Positions 1-9,016 of a stretch of DNA of 64,000 nt are shown one piece after another. The position numbers and the translations under genes were made by a program. Location of the stretch: assembly GCA_026126125.1 (NCBI GenBank), contig JAHCJW010000003.1, positions 4,288 to 68,287 on the forward strand, in the 5' to 3' direction. Below the pieces are notes generated by a model. It searched no databases and was not told the origin of the DNA. It saw only the letters and a program-made list of their open reading frames with translations. The stretch's first letter is position 1. The number at the start of each line of letters is the position of its first letter. This DNA is from Devosia sp. GTDB lineage: Bacteria; Pseudomonadota; Alphaproteobacteria; Rhizobiales; Devosiaceae.

Positions 1-595
1 GCCCGGTTTCCATCGGATGATTGATGATGGTGCGGATATCGATCTGTTCGCCGGCAGTGACCAGCTTCGGGGTCGACACTTTTATCGACGGCGACCAGCC
101 GGGCGGAAACTGCTCATAGGCGATGGCTTGCTCGCAGGCGCCATAGGTGACGTTGACCTTGCGCACGCCCTTGAAGATTTCGCCCGAGGCCATTTTCACC
201 ACCACGGTGATGTTCTGGAACGAGTCGATGCGCACGCGGGTGGAGAATGTCGCCTGGCCGCAGGCCGGCGTGAAGAAGACCTTGGCGATCCGTGGACGCG
301 GGTTGCGCTCCGCGTAGATGGCGACGACCTCGGGATAGTCGAGCCCTTCCATCGTGCATGGAATGCTGACGCCCAGCGGAACGGATTTGCCGGAGTCGGT
401 GAAGTCAGGCAGATCGATCAGCACATTGCCATCGACCGGATCGGCGACGCCGAAATCTTCCAGAATCGCGGCCTCGACGTCGTGCTGCGCGGCAAAAGTC
501 GGGCGAATGAGGGCGAGGCCCACCAGTGACAACGCTCCGGCGCAGAGCGCGCGCCGCGAGATCTGTTTTGTCGACAATTGACTGAGACTGCTCAC
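1..595 (-). CDS. SoxY-SoxZ-like fused sulfur-carrier protein, Tat-exported (partial; C-terminus lies left of the window)
   Basis: Absent from the ORF track because there is no stop in the window. The reverse strand read from GTG 595-593, with GGGAGGT (revcomp of 602-608) 6 nt upstream, gives VSSLSQLSTKQISRRALCAGALSLVGLALIRPTFA (twin-arginine signal). A SoxY-like core follows (GKSVPLGVSIP ... RKVNVTYGAC), then a SoxZ-like segment (KLVTAGEQIDIRTIINHPMETG) that runs off the edge. Confidence 0.7.
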   Translation of the reverse strand, partial: MSSLSQLSTKQISRRALCAGALSLVGLALIRPTFAAQHDVEAAILEDFGVADPVDGNVLIDLPDFTDSGKSVPLGVSIPCTMEGLDYPEVVAIYAERNPRPRIAKVFFTPACGQATFSTRVRIDSFQNITVVVKMASGEIFKGVRKVNVTYGACEQAIAYEQFPPGWSPSIKVSTPKLVTAGEQIDIRTIINHPMETG

Positions 596-814
596 CTACT
601 CACCTCCCGTGTGATTGCAGGGGCGCATCCCGTCCATGTTTTTCGAGAGGGTGCCCAGGGACGTGGACAGCGATCCTGTCCAGGTCATGAAACTCCGCGC
701 CATGCGCATTGAAGGTGGTCCAGGAACCGATTGCAAGTAAAGAAAGCGGGACTTGGGGTGCCGGTTCCGTCACGCGGGGACGGAGCGGGGCGGCAACCTG
801 GCCCCAGTAAGGGT

Positions 815-836
815 GTGGGGCCCTTTCGGGCCCCAC
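815..836 (-). terminator. Stem-loop just after the Mo-subunit stop codon (possible terminator, no U-tract)
   Basis: A 9-bp perfect stem (gtggggccc at 815-823 pairing with gggccccac at 828-836) has a 4-nt loop. Confidence 0.35.
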
Positions 837-843
837 ATTTGCG

Positions 844-3036
844 TCAGACCGCTGCCTTGGAGAAGGGCGTCGAGCGGATCCGGGAGCCGGTGGCGTAGAA
901 AATCGCGTTGGCGATTGCCGGCGGGGTCGGCGGGCCTGCGGGTTCGCCGAGGCCACCCCACCACTGGTCTTCCGAGTTTTCCTGGTGAACTTCGATGTCC
1001 AGCGGCGTGTCGGGCAGCCGGATGATGGAATAGGAGTCGAAATTGGTGTTCACCACGCGGCCGGCGCGGATGTCGAGGCCGCCGAAGAAGGCATAGCCCA
1101 TTTCCCAGATCGCCGAGCTTTCGGCCTGTTCGCGGGCGTTGAGCGGGTTGATCGTGTAGCCGCTATTCATGAAGTATTGCAGCTTGTCCACGAAGATCTG
1201 GCCGCGGCGGCTGACCGTCACCGTGGCGACGCAGCCGGCAATGGTACCGTGCGATTCAACGATCGCGCAGCCCATGCCTTCGCCATTGCCCAGGTCGGTG
1301 GTCCAGCCGGATTTTTCCTTCATCGCCTTCAGCACGCGCTGATACGGCTCGAGGCCTTCCGTCATCTTCAGGCGCCACTCAAGCGGATCCCAACCGCCGG
1401 CCTGGGCCAGCTCGTCGACCATCTGTTCGACGAAGAAGCCGTTGGCGTTGGCGCCCGGGGCGCGGTGATAGCCGATCGGCATATGGCTTTGGACCTGGCT
1501 CGATTCATGCCGACGGTTCGGAACCTTGTAGGGCATGTCGGCCACGTAGCTGAGCGAGAAGCCCGGCTGCTTTTCTTCACCCACGACGTGGGTGAGCAGG
1601 GCCACCGGCAAGCCATCGTCGCCCAGACCTGCCTTGTAGGTGCTCCAGACGGGCGGACGCATCGAGTCCTGCGCGATGTCTTCTTCACGGCTCAAGATGA
1701 GCTTCACCGGCTTGCCGACTTCGGCGGAGATCGCCGCGGCCTGACGGTGAATGAACATGTTGTAGCCGCCGCCGAAGCCACCGCCCATATAGGTCTGGTG
1801 CAGATAGACATTGGCGGTGTCGCGGCCGAGCTGGTCGGCAACTTCGGTCAGCGAACGGCCGATGTCCTGGGTGAAGGTCCAGATGTCGACGCGATCATCC
1901 TTGACGTCGGCCACGGCAGCCGGCGCCATCATGGTCGCATGGGCTTCATAGGGGCGCGAGAAGACTTCGCCCGTAACCACCTTGCTCGAGGATTCGATCA
2001 GCCCAGGCACCTCGTCCTGATTGACGCCCTTGTCGCGCTTGTTGCCGAGATTGCCTTCCTCGTCCTTGAGCACGGTGCCCGGCTTGCCGAGCAGGCTCAG
2101 GGCCTCGGCGGTCTGGCTCTCGTAGCTGATCGAGGCGCCGCGGCCCAGATCCCATTCGATGGGCAGGCTGGCGAGGGCGTTATTGGCCTGGTACCAGCTT
2201 TCGGCGACGACGGCGACGGAGTCGCGCATGTCGGTGAAGGCCGGGACGTCCTTGGTCTGGGTGAGCTTGACCGCGGCGATGACGCCGGGCATGCCCTTGA
2301 TGGCCTCGAAATCGAAGCTGACCAGCCGGCCACCGGGGACCGGGCAGGCCTTTACCGCGGCGTGGACCATGCCATCGACGGTGACGTCGATCGGGTACAT
2401 GGCCGAACCATTGGTCTTGGCGGCGACGTCGAGGCGCTTGACCTCGGTGCCGAGCAGCCACCAGTCGCCATAGGCCTTGATCGCCGGTTCTGTTTCCAGC
2501 GTGATGCCTGCGGCGTCGGCGGCGAATTCGCCATAGGTGCCGCTATTGCTGCCGGCCGTCAGCGTGCCCTGCTTGGCGACCACGTCTTCCACCGGCACGC
2601 CCCAGCGGGCGGCGGCGGCATGGCGCAGGCGTTCGCGCGCCGAGGCGCCGGCCTGCATGATATAGGGGTGACGGCGCGAGACCGTGGTCGAGCCGCCGGT
2701 CGAGGTCGACACGTAAAGATTGTCATTGTTGACGTGGCGGTTGGCGTCGGCAAAGACGTGCCGCACGCTTTCCCACGGCACGTCGAGTTCTTCGGCGAGC
2801 ATCATCGGAACGGCGGTAAAAGCGCCCTGGCCCAGTTCGGACTGGGGGGTGACGATGCTGACGATGTTGTTGGCATCGATGGTCAGCCAGGCGTTGATTT
2901 CGGCACCGGCTGCGCCAGCGGCATCAGCCCCTGCGGCGCCCTGAGCGCGGGCCGCCATGGGGAAGCCGATCATCAGGCCGCCCGCTGCGGACGCGGAAAT
3001 CTTGAGAAAATTACGTCTCGTGAAAGTCTTGGTCAT
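844..3036 (-). CDS. Molybdopterin-binding large subunit of an aldehyde oxidase/xanthine dehydrogenase-family hydroxylase (IorB-like)
   Basis: 730-aa ORF with a Tat signal (MTKTFTRRNFLKISASAAGGLMIGFPMAARA). Length and sequence are typical of isoquinoline 1-oxidoreductase beta-type subunits. It lies 18 nt downstream of the 2Fe-2S subunit gene. Confidence 0.9.
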   Translation of the reverse strand: MTKTFTRRNFLKISASAAGGLMIGFPMAARAQGAAGADAAGAAGAEINAWLTIDANNIVSIVTPQSELGQGAFTAVPMMLAEELDVPWESVRHVFADANRHVNNDNLYVSTSTGGSTTVSRRHPYIMQAGASARERLRHAAAARWGVPVEDVVAKQGTLTAGSNSGTYGEFAADAAGITLETEPAIKAYGDWWLLGTEVKRLDVAAKTNGSAMYPIDVTVDGMVHAAVKACPVPGGRLVSFDFEAIKGMPGVIAAVKLTQTKDVPAFTDMRDSVAVVAESWYQANNALASLPIEWDLGRGASISYESQTAEALSLLGKPGTVLKDEEGNLGNKRDKGVNQDEVPGLIESSSKVVTGEVFSRPYEAHATMMAPAAVADVKDDRVDIWTFTQDIGRSLTEVADQLGRDTANVYLHQTYMGGGFGGGYNMFIHRQAAAISAEVGKPVKLILSREEDIAQDSMRPPVWSTYKAGLGDDGLPVALLTHVVGEEKQPGFSLSYVADMPYKVPNRRHESSQVQSHMPIGYHRAPGANANGFFVEQMVDELAQAGGWDPLEWRLKMTEGLEPYQRVLKAMKEKSGWTTDLGNGEGMGCAIVESHGTIAGCVATVTVSRRGQIFVDKLQYFMNSGYTINPLNAREQAESSAIWEMGYAFFGGLDIRAGRVVNTNFDSYSIIRLPDTPLDIEVHQENSEDQWWGGLGEPAGPPTPPAIANAIFYATGSRIRSTPFSKAAV

Positions 3037-3054
3037 GACATCTCTCCCTCAAGC

Positions 3055-3510
3055 TCAGCCGAGTTCGGCGGCTTTGTGAATCGCGGCGCGAATGCGAGGA
3101 TAGGTGCCGCAGCGGCAGATATTTCCGGCCATGGCCTGGTCGATCTCATTGTCGGAAGGCTTGGGATTGCGCTCCAGAAGCGCAACGGCCGACATGATCT
3201 GACCCGACTGGCAATAGCCGCATTGCGGCACTGTCAAATCCTGCCAGGCGAGCTGCACCGGGTGATCGTTGTTTTCCGAAACGCCTTCGATCGTCCGAAT
3301 GGCTTTGCCCGCTGCTGCCGAGACCGGCATGTTGCACGAGCGCACGGCATTGCCGTCGATGATGACGGTGCAGGCGCCGCACTGGGCAATGCCGCAACCG
3401 AATTTCGTACCGGTCAGACCTGCCTTTTCGCGGATGGCCCAGAGCAGAGGCATCTGCGGATCGGCATCCAATTCGTGGTCTTGACCATTTATGTTGAGCT
3501 TGATAGTCAT
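3055..3510 (-). CDS. (2Fe-2S)-binding small subunit of the Mo hydroxylase (IorA-like)
   Basis: 151 aa with two Fe-S cysteine motifs ([11 protein letters not shown] and CGYCQSG...CRCGTY). A GAGGAGGA Shine-Dalgarno sequence lies upstream. Confidence 0.9.
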   Translation of the reverse strand: MTIKLNINGQDHELDADPQMPLLWAIREKAGLTGTKFGCGIAQCGACTVIIDGNAVRSCNMPVSAAAGKAIRTIEGVSENNDHPVQLAWQDLTVPQCGYCQSGQIMSAVALLERNPKPSDNEIDQAMAGNICRCGTYPRIRAAIHKAAELG

Positions 3511-3807
3511 GTAATCCTCCTCGCGTCTGTGTAGGCAGCCAAGTCAAGGAATGTGACAAGGCGGAGTTTGGAGGGAAGCCTAGCGCGATAGACGCTGTCC
3601 GCAAGGTCATTGTCCACCGCTGCTGCCCGAATTATCATTTGATATTCTTGGGTGCAGGGTCTATTTTACAATGGCAAGGCGCCGTTATGTTCTGTTAAAC
3701 ATAACGGTTGCTTGGGAAAAAGCGCCCGGCATTTTAGCTTCTGACAGCGTTGGATTTTGTTCTGACCGCAGAGAAAATTCAGCCATTTTCGGCCGGAAGC
3801 GCGGTTA

Positions 3808-3888
3808 GAGCATAGAGCCGAAAAGTGTCCTCACGGTTTTCGGGTCATCCGATGCGGCAATTTGGTGTTCGACAGAACGCACGCCGCT
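3808..3888 (+). repeat. Dispersed intergenic repeat, family R, copy 2
   Basis: The sequence is gagcatagagCCGAAAAgtgtcctcacggTTTTCGGgtcatccgatgcggcaa...gtgttcgacagaacgcacgcc. It aligns by eye with 26517-26612 and with the reverse complement of 36075-36172. Confidence 0.7.
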
Positions 3889-4890
3889 TTAGACGAGGGC
3901 GATGTCGGCGGCCATGCGGGCCTGCGAAATTTCCGATAGAATCGACAGCGCCAGAACGCCGGGCTCGCGCGCGCGGTCGACAAGGCCGATCGGCCCGCGA
4001 ATGCGATCGACCAGCGCTTCGGGTATGCCTCTGGCGAGCAGGCGCTCACGGCGCTGGGCGTGGGTGCGTTGACTGCCCAGGGCGCCGACATAAAACCCTT
4101 TGGCGGCAACGGCGCGGGCCAGGATGTCGTCTTCCCATTCATGTTCGTGAAACAGCAGCACCGTCGCCGTCCAGGGGTCGATGGGCATGTCCCAGATCTC
4201 GCCGGGGGTCTGGAGGCGATGGATGGGAAATCCGAGATCGGCGACGGAGGTCATGGTGTCATTGCTCGGCGTGGCGATGCTGACCTCGAGCTCGGCCGCC
4301 TTGGCGACGCGCGCCGCGACTTCGAGATCGGCGCCGCGACCAATGAGCAGCAGCCGGCTGCGCGGCAGGTAGCGCCGGTGGAAGACGCTATCGAGATAGC
4401 CGGTGGCCGGGCCGGCGCCTTCGGAGAGGTCCAGCGCGCCCGTATTCATGTCGAAGCGCAGGCCGAAGGGGCGGCGCTGGTCGAGGCGCAGCAGCGCTTC
4501 GCCCAGGATGGCGGGGTCGGGGTCGACCTGAATATGCACGTCGATGCCGCCGCCACAGGGGAAACGGATATCGATGAAGCGCGAGCCGCGGCCGAAGGTC
4601 AAAATCTCGTTGCGCCCGCGGGCGATGACCGCCGCCACCTCCTCGGCGATAGCGGGCTCCACGCAGCCGCCCGACACATAGCCGATATGGCGCCCATCCT
4701 CGAGCACGCCCAATTGCGTGCCCAGCGGCTTGGGGGCGCCGCTATTGAGGGCGCAAATGGTGACGAGGGCGCCGCGCACGCCAAAAGTCTGGGCGGCGCG
4801 CAAAAAGGCGAGGGGGGCCGCATCGCGGTTCATCCCGGCAAAGCCTGCACTGGTCAGGCACTCGCTGCCTTCTACAAGCTTTTTCAACAC
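3889..4890 (-). CDS. XdhC/CoxI-family Moco insertion/maturation accessory protein
   Basis: 333 aa. The segment GALVTICALNSGAPKPLGTQLGVLEDGRHIGYVSGGCVEPAIAEE is typical of the XdhC family. The gene is adjacent to the Mo hydroxylase genes. Confidence 0.85.
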   Translation of the reverse strand: MLKKLVEGSECLTSAGFAGMNRDAAPLAFLRAAQTFGVRGALVTICALNSGAPKPLGTQLGVLEDGRHIGYVSGGCVEPAIAEEVAAVIARGRNEILTFGRGSRFIDIRFPCGGGIDVHIQVDPDPAILGEALLRLDQRRPFGLRFDMNTGALDLSEGAGPATGYLDSVFHRRYLPRSRLLLIGRGADLEVAARVAKAAELEVSIATPSNDTMTSVADLGFPIHRLQTPGEIWDMPIDPWTATVLLFHEHEWEDDILARAVAAKGFYVGALGSQRTHAQRRERLLARGIPEALVDRIRGPIGLVDRAREPGVLALSILSEISQARMAADIALV

Positions 4891-5023
4891 CGGAACCGCC
4901 CTCCTCGTCTGCTGCTGAAGTCGCGGGCAGCACTGTAAGAGGATATTGGCACTATAGACAAGGCGGAAGCTTGCGTCCGGCGCGCGTGGTGTCTAGGCTG
5001 GTCCAGAGGGGAAGTGATCGAGA

Positions 5024-6037
5024 ATGACATCCACCATTGAGGCGCGGCCGCTGATCGACACTTTCGGTCGTCGCATCTCCTATCTGCGAATATCGGTGAC
5101 CGATCGCTGCGATTTCCGCTGCCAGTACTGCATGGCGGAAGATATGCAGTTCCTGCCCAAAAAGGAGGTGCTGAGCCTCGATGAGCTGGATACGATCGCC
5201 TCGGCCTTTGTCGCTCGCGGTGTCGCCAAGCTGCGTTTGACCGGGGGCGAACCGCTCGTCCGCCGTGGCATCATCGAGCTTGTCGAGCGGCTGTCGCGCC
5301 ATTTGAAATCGGGCGCTTTGGGCGAATTGACGCTGACCACCAATGGCAGCCAGTTGCGTGAGCATGCCGCGGCGCTGGCCCGGCATGGCATGAAGCGCAT
5401 CAATGTTTCGGTGGATACGCTCGATTCGGCCAAGTTCACCGAGATCACCCGGCGCGGCCGGCTCGAACAGGTGCTCGATGGCATCAGCGCGGCGCAGGAG
5501 GCGGGGCTCAAGGTCAAGATCAACGCCGTGGCCCTGCGCGGTTTCAACGATCTCGAAATACCGTTCATGCTGCGCTGGGCGCATGAGCGGAATATGGATC
5601 TCACGCTGATCGAGACCATGCCGCTCGGCGAGGTCGATGTCGACCGCACCGATCAATATCTGCCGCTGAGCGAGATGCGTGAGCGGTTGCAGAAAGACTT
5701 CACGCTGGTTGCCGACGATTATCGCTCGGGCGGGCCGGCGCGCTATTACCGCGTGGCCGAAACCGGCGGCCGCCTCGGCTTCATCACCCCGCTGACGCAT
5801 AATTTCTGTGAGAGCTGCAACCGCGTGCGCCTGACGGCGACGGGTGAGCTCTATCTGTGCCTGGGGCAGAACGACAAGGTCAATCTGCGCGACGCCCTGC
5901 GCTCGGGCGGCGCTGCGGCGCTCGATGAAATGCTCGATGTGGCGATGCGGATCAAGCCGAAGGGCCATGATTTCATCATCGACCGCGCCCATTCCGGGCC
6001 GGCCGTCGCGCGCTTCATGTCGACCACCGGCGGGTAA
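5024..6037 (+). CDS. moaA: GTP 3',8-cyclase (molybdenum cofactor biosynthesis protein A)
   Basis: 337 aa with the radical-SAM motif [16 protein letters not shown] and a C-terminal [20 protein letters not shown] motif. Confidence 0.95.
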   Translation: MTSTIEARPLIDTFGRRISYLRISVTDRCDFRCQYCMAEDMQFLPKKEVLSLDELDTIASAFVARGVAKLRLTGGEPLVRRGIIELVERLSRHLKSGALGELTLTTNGSQLREHAAALARHGMKRINVSVDTLDSAKFTEITRRGRLEQVLDGISAAQEAGLKVKINAVALRGFNDLEIPFMLRWAHERNMDLTLIETMPLGEVDVDRTDQYLPLSEMRERLQKDFTLVADDYRSGGPARYYRVAETGGRLGFITPLTHNFCESCNRVRLTATGELYLCLGQNDKVNLRDALRSGGAAALDEMLDVAMRIKPKGHDFIIDRAHSGPAVARFMSTTGG

Positions 6038-6046
6038 GCCGGCGTT

Positions 6047-6853
6047 TCAGCGTCGGGCCGCCGGCGTCTCGATCGGCAGGCCCGACGAGCGCCAGGCGGT
6101 GTAGAGTTCCAGGCTGAGATATTCGGGCGAGCCGAGGGCGTAGGGTTCGGCGCGGATCGACGTGTTGCACCACTGGAACATGCGGTGGCGCGAGCCCATC
6201 GAGTCCCACAGCAGCCGGAAAATCGGAAAGCCTGTGACGTGCCCCTCGCTGATCACGTCGCCGCGCAGTCTTTCCCCGGCCCGGTCGTCGTGGCACTGGC
6301 TGCAACTGAGATCGAGCTGTCCGAGGCGGGTGAAATAGAACGCTTTGCCGGCCTCGAAAAACGGCGCGGCCGGGCCGTCTATGGCCACCTCGATCGGCAT
6401 GCCGCGCGACTGATGGCTGATGAAGGCGGTAAGGGCCAGAAGGTCGTCGGATTCATAGGCGAGCGGTTCGGCGCCCATGGTTTGGGTCAGCATCTGGTTG
6501 ATGCGCAGTTCCAGATTGACCAGGCCGCCGCTGGCGGGGTCATAGACCGGATAGCGGGCGGCGACGCCGCGCATGCTGGTTTCGGCGTCCTCATGGCAGG
6601 AGGCGCAGGATTTGCCCGATACCGGATCGGGCCGCTCCCACAGCACCCGTCCCGCATCGACCGCGAACATGCCGGGATTGAGGAAGTCGTCGTCCTGCAA
6701 CTGGCGGGTGGTCTCGTCCATATAGAGATAACCCGATTTCTTGCCCGCTACCTCGTAGCGCGCGGTGTCCCAGCCTTGCCCCAGGACGATGCCGGTGCCG
6801 AGCAGCGCCATGGCGCCTGCAACCAGGCAAATCGAGCGCCATTCGGGCATCAT
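6047..6853 (-). CDS. soxA: L-cysteine S-thiosulfotransferase dihaem subunit SoxA
   Basis: 268 aa with haem motifs CASCH and CSQCH and the SoxA-type segment FQWCNTSIRAEPYALGSPEY. It overlaps the soxX stop by 4 nt. Confidence 0.9.
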   Translation of the reverse strand: MMPEWRSICLVAGAMALLGTGIVLGQGWDTARYEVAGKKSGYLYMDETTRQLQDDDFLNPGMFAVDAGRVLWERPDPVSGKSCASCHEDAETSMRGVAARYPVYDPASGGLVNLELRINQMLTQTMGAEPLAYESDDLLALTAFISHQSRGMPIEVAIDGPAAPFFEAGKAFYFTRLGQLDLSCSQCHDDRAGERLRGDVISEGHVTGFPIFRLLWDSMGSRHRMFQWCNTSIRAEPYALGSPEYLSLELYTAWRSSGLPIETPAARR

Positions 6854-7371
6854 GGTGCGCTCCCTTCGGTGTCATCGGTCAGGGTCAACAGATAGGCGAT
6901 GACATCCTCGATCTGCTGGGCCGAATAGATTGTCCGCCCCTGATAGGGGAGGTCGACCCGGTGCAGCCCGTCGAGCCAGTAATAGGCGGGCATGATGGTG
7001 TCGGGATCGATCGCCTTGGGATTGACCAGCCGCAACCGCAATTCGGCGGCGGAATAGCGCGACCCCACGCCGGCCAGAGACGGGCCGATATTGCCCGGGT
7101 CCGGCTCATCGGCGATGGGCAGCGCGTGGCAGATGAGGCAACTGGCGATGCGGCTGTCGCGGACCGTGCGCTCTCCGGCCGCCGGGTCGCCCGGTGTCTG
7201 CGTCAGCGGCTCGGGGATCGAGAAGTCGATGATCGTCACCGGCGCCAGCCCATCCTGCGCCAGCGCGGTGGCCAGGGTGAAAAGGCCCAGAGCCAGAGCG
7301 GCCAAGGTGCGGCGCCCCGGGCTCGCGGAGCGCCTTGCCTGTATCGGCTTTTTCAAAACCCGCCAAGACAC
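6850..7371 (-). CDS. soxX: Sulfur oxidation c-type cytochrome SoxX
   Basis: 173 aa with a signal peptide and a single CLICH haem motif followed by GNIGPSLAGVGSRYSAAELRLRLVNPK...MPAYY, which is typical of SoxX. Confidence 0.85.
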   Translation of the reverse strand: MSWRVLKKPIQARRSASPGRRTLAALALGLFTLATALAQDGLAPVTIIDFSIPEPLTQTPGDPAAGERTVRDSRIASCLICHALPIADEPDPGNIGPSLAGVGSRYSAAELRLRLVNPKAIDPDTIMPAYYWLDGLHRVDLPYQGRTIYSAQQIEDVIAYLLTLTDDTEGSAP

Positions 7372-7387
7372 GTTCGTATCCGATGCT

Positions 7388-8665
7388 CTAGCCGAACAGA
7401 TCCGCCGTCAGGCTCTGATACTGCCCGCGGGCGTAATTGGCCTCGTCCTGCCGGAAGGCGCGGTCCGCCGCAAGCGGCGAGACGCCGCCGGCCCCGTCCA
7501 CCTTCTTGATCGCGCCGGTCGCATCGACGCGGAACACGTCGGAAACGGCGATGCCGTAATCGGCGGCGACGAGGCTGTAGCAGGTGTTGATCATGGAGGG
7601 CGAGGGCGGCGCCTGGTCGCGCAACAGCGCGGCGATGGCATAGGCGCAGACACGGCCCTGGGCGCTGGCCGAAAAGCCCGATTTCGGCATGTCGCCCGAC
7701 ATGATGGCGTCGCCCAGCAGATGAATGCCGGGCGCGACCCGCGATTCGAACGTCCCGCCATCGACCTCGCACCAGTCGCCGCCATTGCTGAGGCCGGCGG
7801 CGATGACCAGACTGCCGGCGCGCTGGGGCGGGATGATGTTGATGACATCGCCGCCATAGCTGTCGAACAGCGTTTCCACCGTCATGCCGGCGGGGTCGAC
7901 CGCGGTGACTTCCCCGCCATCGGCGAACGACACCCATTCGATCATGCCGGGATAAAGCTCTTCCCAGGCGGCGGTGAACAGGGCCTGCTTGGAGAACGTG
8001 TCCTTGGCGTCGAGGATGATAACCTTGGATTTGGGCTTGCTGGCCGCAAGATAGCCGGCAATCAGGCTGGCGCGCTCATAAGGGCCGGGCGGGCAGCGAT
8101 AGGGATTGCCGGGCGCGGCGATGATGACGGTGCCGCCATCGTCCATGGCTTCGAGCTGCGCGCGCAGCAGCGCGGTCTGCGGCCCGGCCTTCCAGGCGTG
8201 GGGCATGATTTCGGCTGCCGCCTCGTCATAGCCGTCGATGGCGCCATATTTGATGTCGATGCCGGGCGATACCACCAGGCGATCATAGCTGAGCGTGGTG
8301 CCATCGGCGAGGGTGACGGTGCGGCTGGCGGGGTCGATGCCCTCGGCGCGGGCGGTGATCAGGGTGATGCCATCGGCAGCGAGCGCGTCGAAGCCGAAGG
8401 TGATGTCCGTCATGTCGCCGATGCCGCCGAGCACGGTATTGCTGAACGGGCAGGTGACGAAGCTGCTATTCTGCTCGACCAGCGTCACCTCGATCTCGGG
8501 CGCGATGCGGCGCAGGTATCGCGCGCAGGCCGCGCCGCCATAGCCGGCGCCGATGACGACGACCTTGGCGGAGGCTTGCGCCCAGGAAGGCCGGACGAGC
8601 AGGCCGGTGAGAGCTGCGGCACCGGCAAGCCGGAGCGTGTCGCGGCGATTGATGGGGCCGGTCAT
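7388..8665 (-). CDS. Flavocytochrome c sulfide dehydrogenase flavin subunit (FccB/SoxF-like)
   Basis: 425 aa with a Tat signal ([17 protein letters not shown]), an FAD fold ([17 protein letters not shown]) and the segment [12 protein letters not shown]. Confidence 0.9.
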   Translation of the reverse strand: MTGPINRRDTLRLAGAAALTGLLVRPSWAQASAKVVVIGAGYGGAACARYLRRIAPEIEVTLVEQNSSFVTCPFSNTVLGGIGDMTDITFGFDALAADGITLITARAEGIDPASRTVTLADGTTLSYDRLVVSPGIDIKYGAIDGYDEAAAEIMPHAWKAGPQTALLRAQLEAMDDGGTVIIAAPGNPYRCPPGPYERASLIAGYLAASKPKSKVIILDAKDTFSKQALFTAAWEELYPGMIEWVSFADGGEVTAVDPAGMTVETLFDSYGGDVINIIPPQRAGSLVIAAGLSNGGDWCEVDGGTFESRVAPGIHLLGDAIMSGDMPKSGFSASAQGRVCAYAIAALLRDQAPPSPSMINTCYSLVAADYGIAVSDVFRVDATGAIKKVDGAGGVSPLAADRAFRQDEANYARGQYQSLTADLFG

Positions 8666-8970
8666 TTGCGCTCTCCTTCACCCCAGCTGGCGATTTCGGC
8701 CGCCAGCGCGTCGATCTCGGCGTCGGTATAGCCCTTGGCGAGCTTGCCCATGATGGTCGAGGGCATGGTGTCGGCGCGGAAGGCGAGCAGCATCGTCTTG
8801 ATCCGCTCGGCATCCGTGCCCAGCCGCGGAATGGCGTTGCCTTTGACCGGATTGTGGCAGGCGAGACACTGGCTGGCGAGCAGTTGTGGCGCCGTCTCGT
8901 CGGCCATGATGGGGCTGCCGGCCCAAAGGCCGACAGCGAAGGTGGCCCAAAGGCCCATATGTTTCAGCAC
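8662..8970 (-). CDS. Small monohaem cytochrome c, probable partner of the sulfide dehydrogenase (FccA/SoxE-like)
   Basis: 102 aa with a signal peptide and one CLACH motif. An ATGA stop/start overlap links it to the flavin subunit gene. Confidence 0.7.
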   Translation of the reverse strand: MLKHMGLWATFAVGLWAGSPIMADETAPQLLASQCLACHNPVKGNAIPRLGTDAERIKTMLLAFRADTMPSTIMGKLAKGYTDAEIDALAAEIASWGEGERK

Positions 8971-9016
8971 TCTATCCTCCTCCGGTGAACGCGCGGTCGT
9001 CGTTGGAGGCGGCCGC

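Noticed and set aside
985-3534. An 849-aa plus-strand ORF spanning the iorB/iorA region.
   Set aside because: It is antisense to two genes with clear family signatures (Tat signal, Fe-S motifs). The product is Ala/Gly/Arg/Asp/His-rich and low-complexity, with no recognisable motif. Such ORFs arise because stop codons are rare on the opposite strand of GC-rich genes.
4891-5023. A possible Moco riboswitch upstream of moaA.
   Set aside because: The spacer is only 133 nt and is shared with the divergent xdhC promoter. I could not recognise the conserved Moco-motif helices by eye. A covariance-model scan (Rfam Moco_RNA_motif) would be needed; a hit would overturn this rejection.
7091-8731. A 546-aa plus-strand ORF opposite the flavocytochrome c flavin subunit gene.
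   Set aside because: It is an antisense artefact of the same kind. The minus-strand frame carries the Tat signal, the FAD fold and the [11 protein letters not shown] motif.
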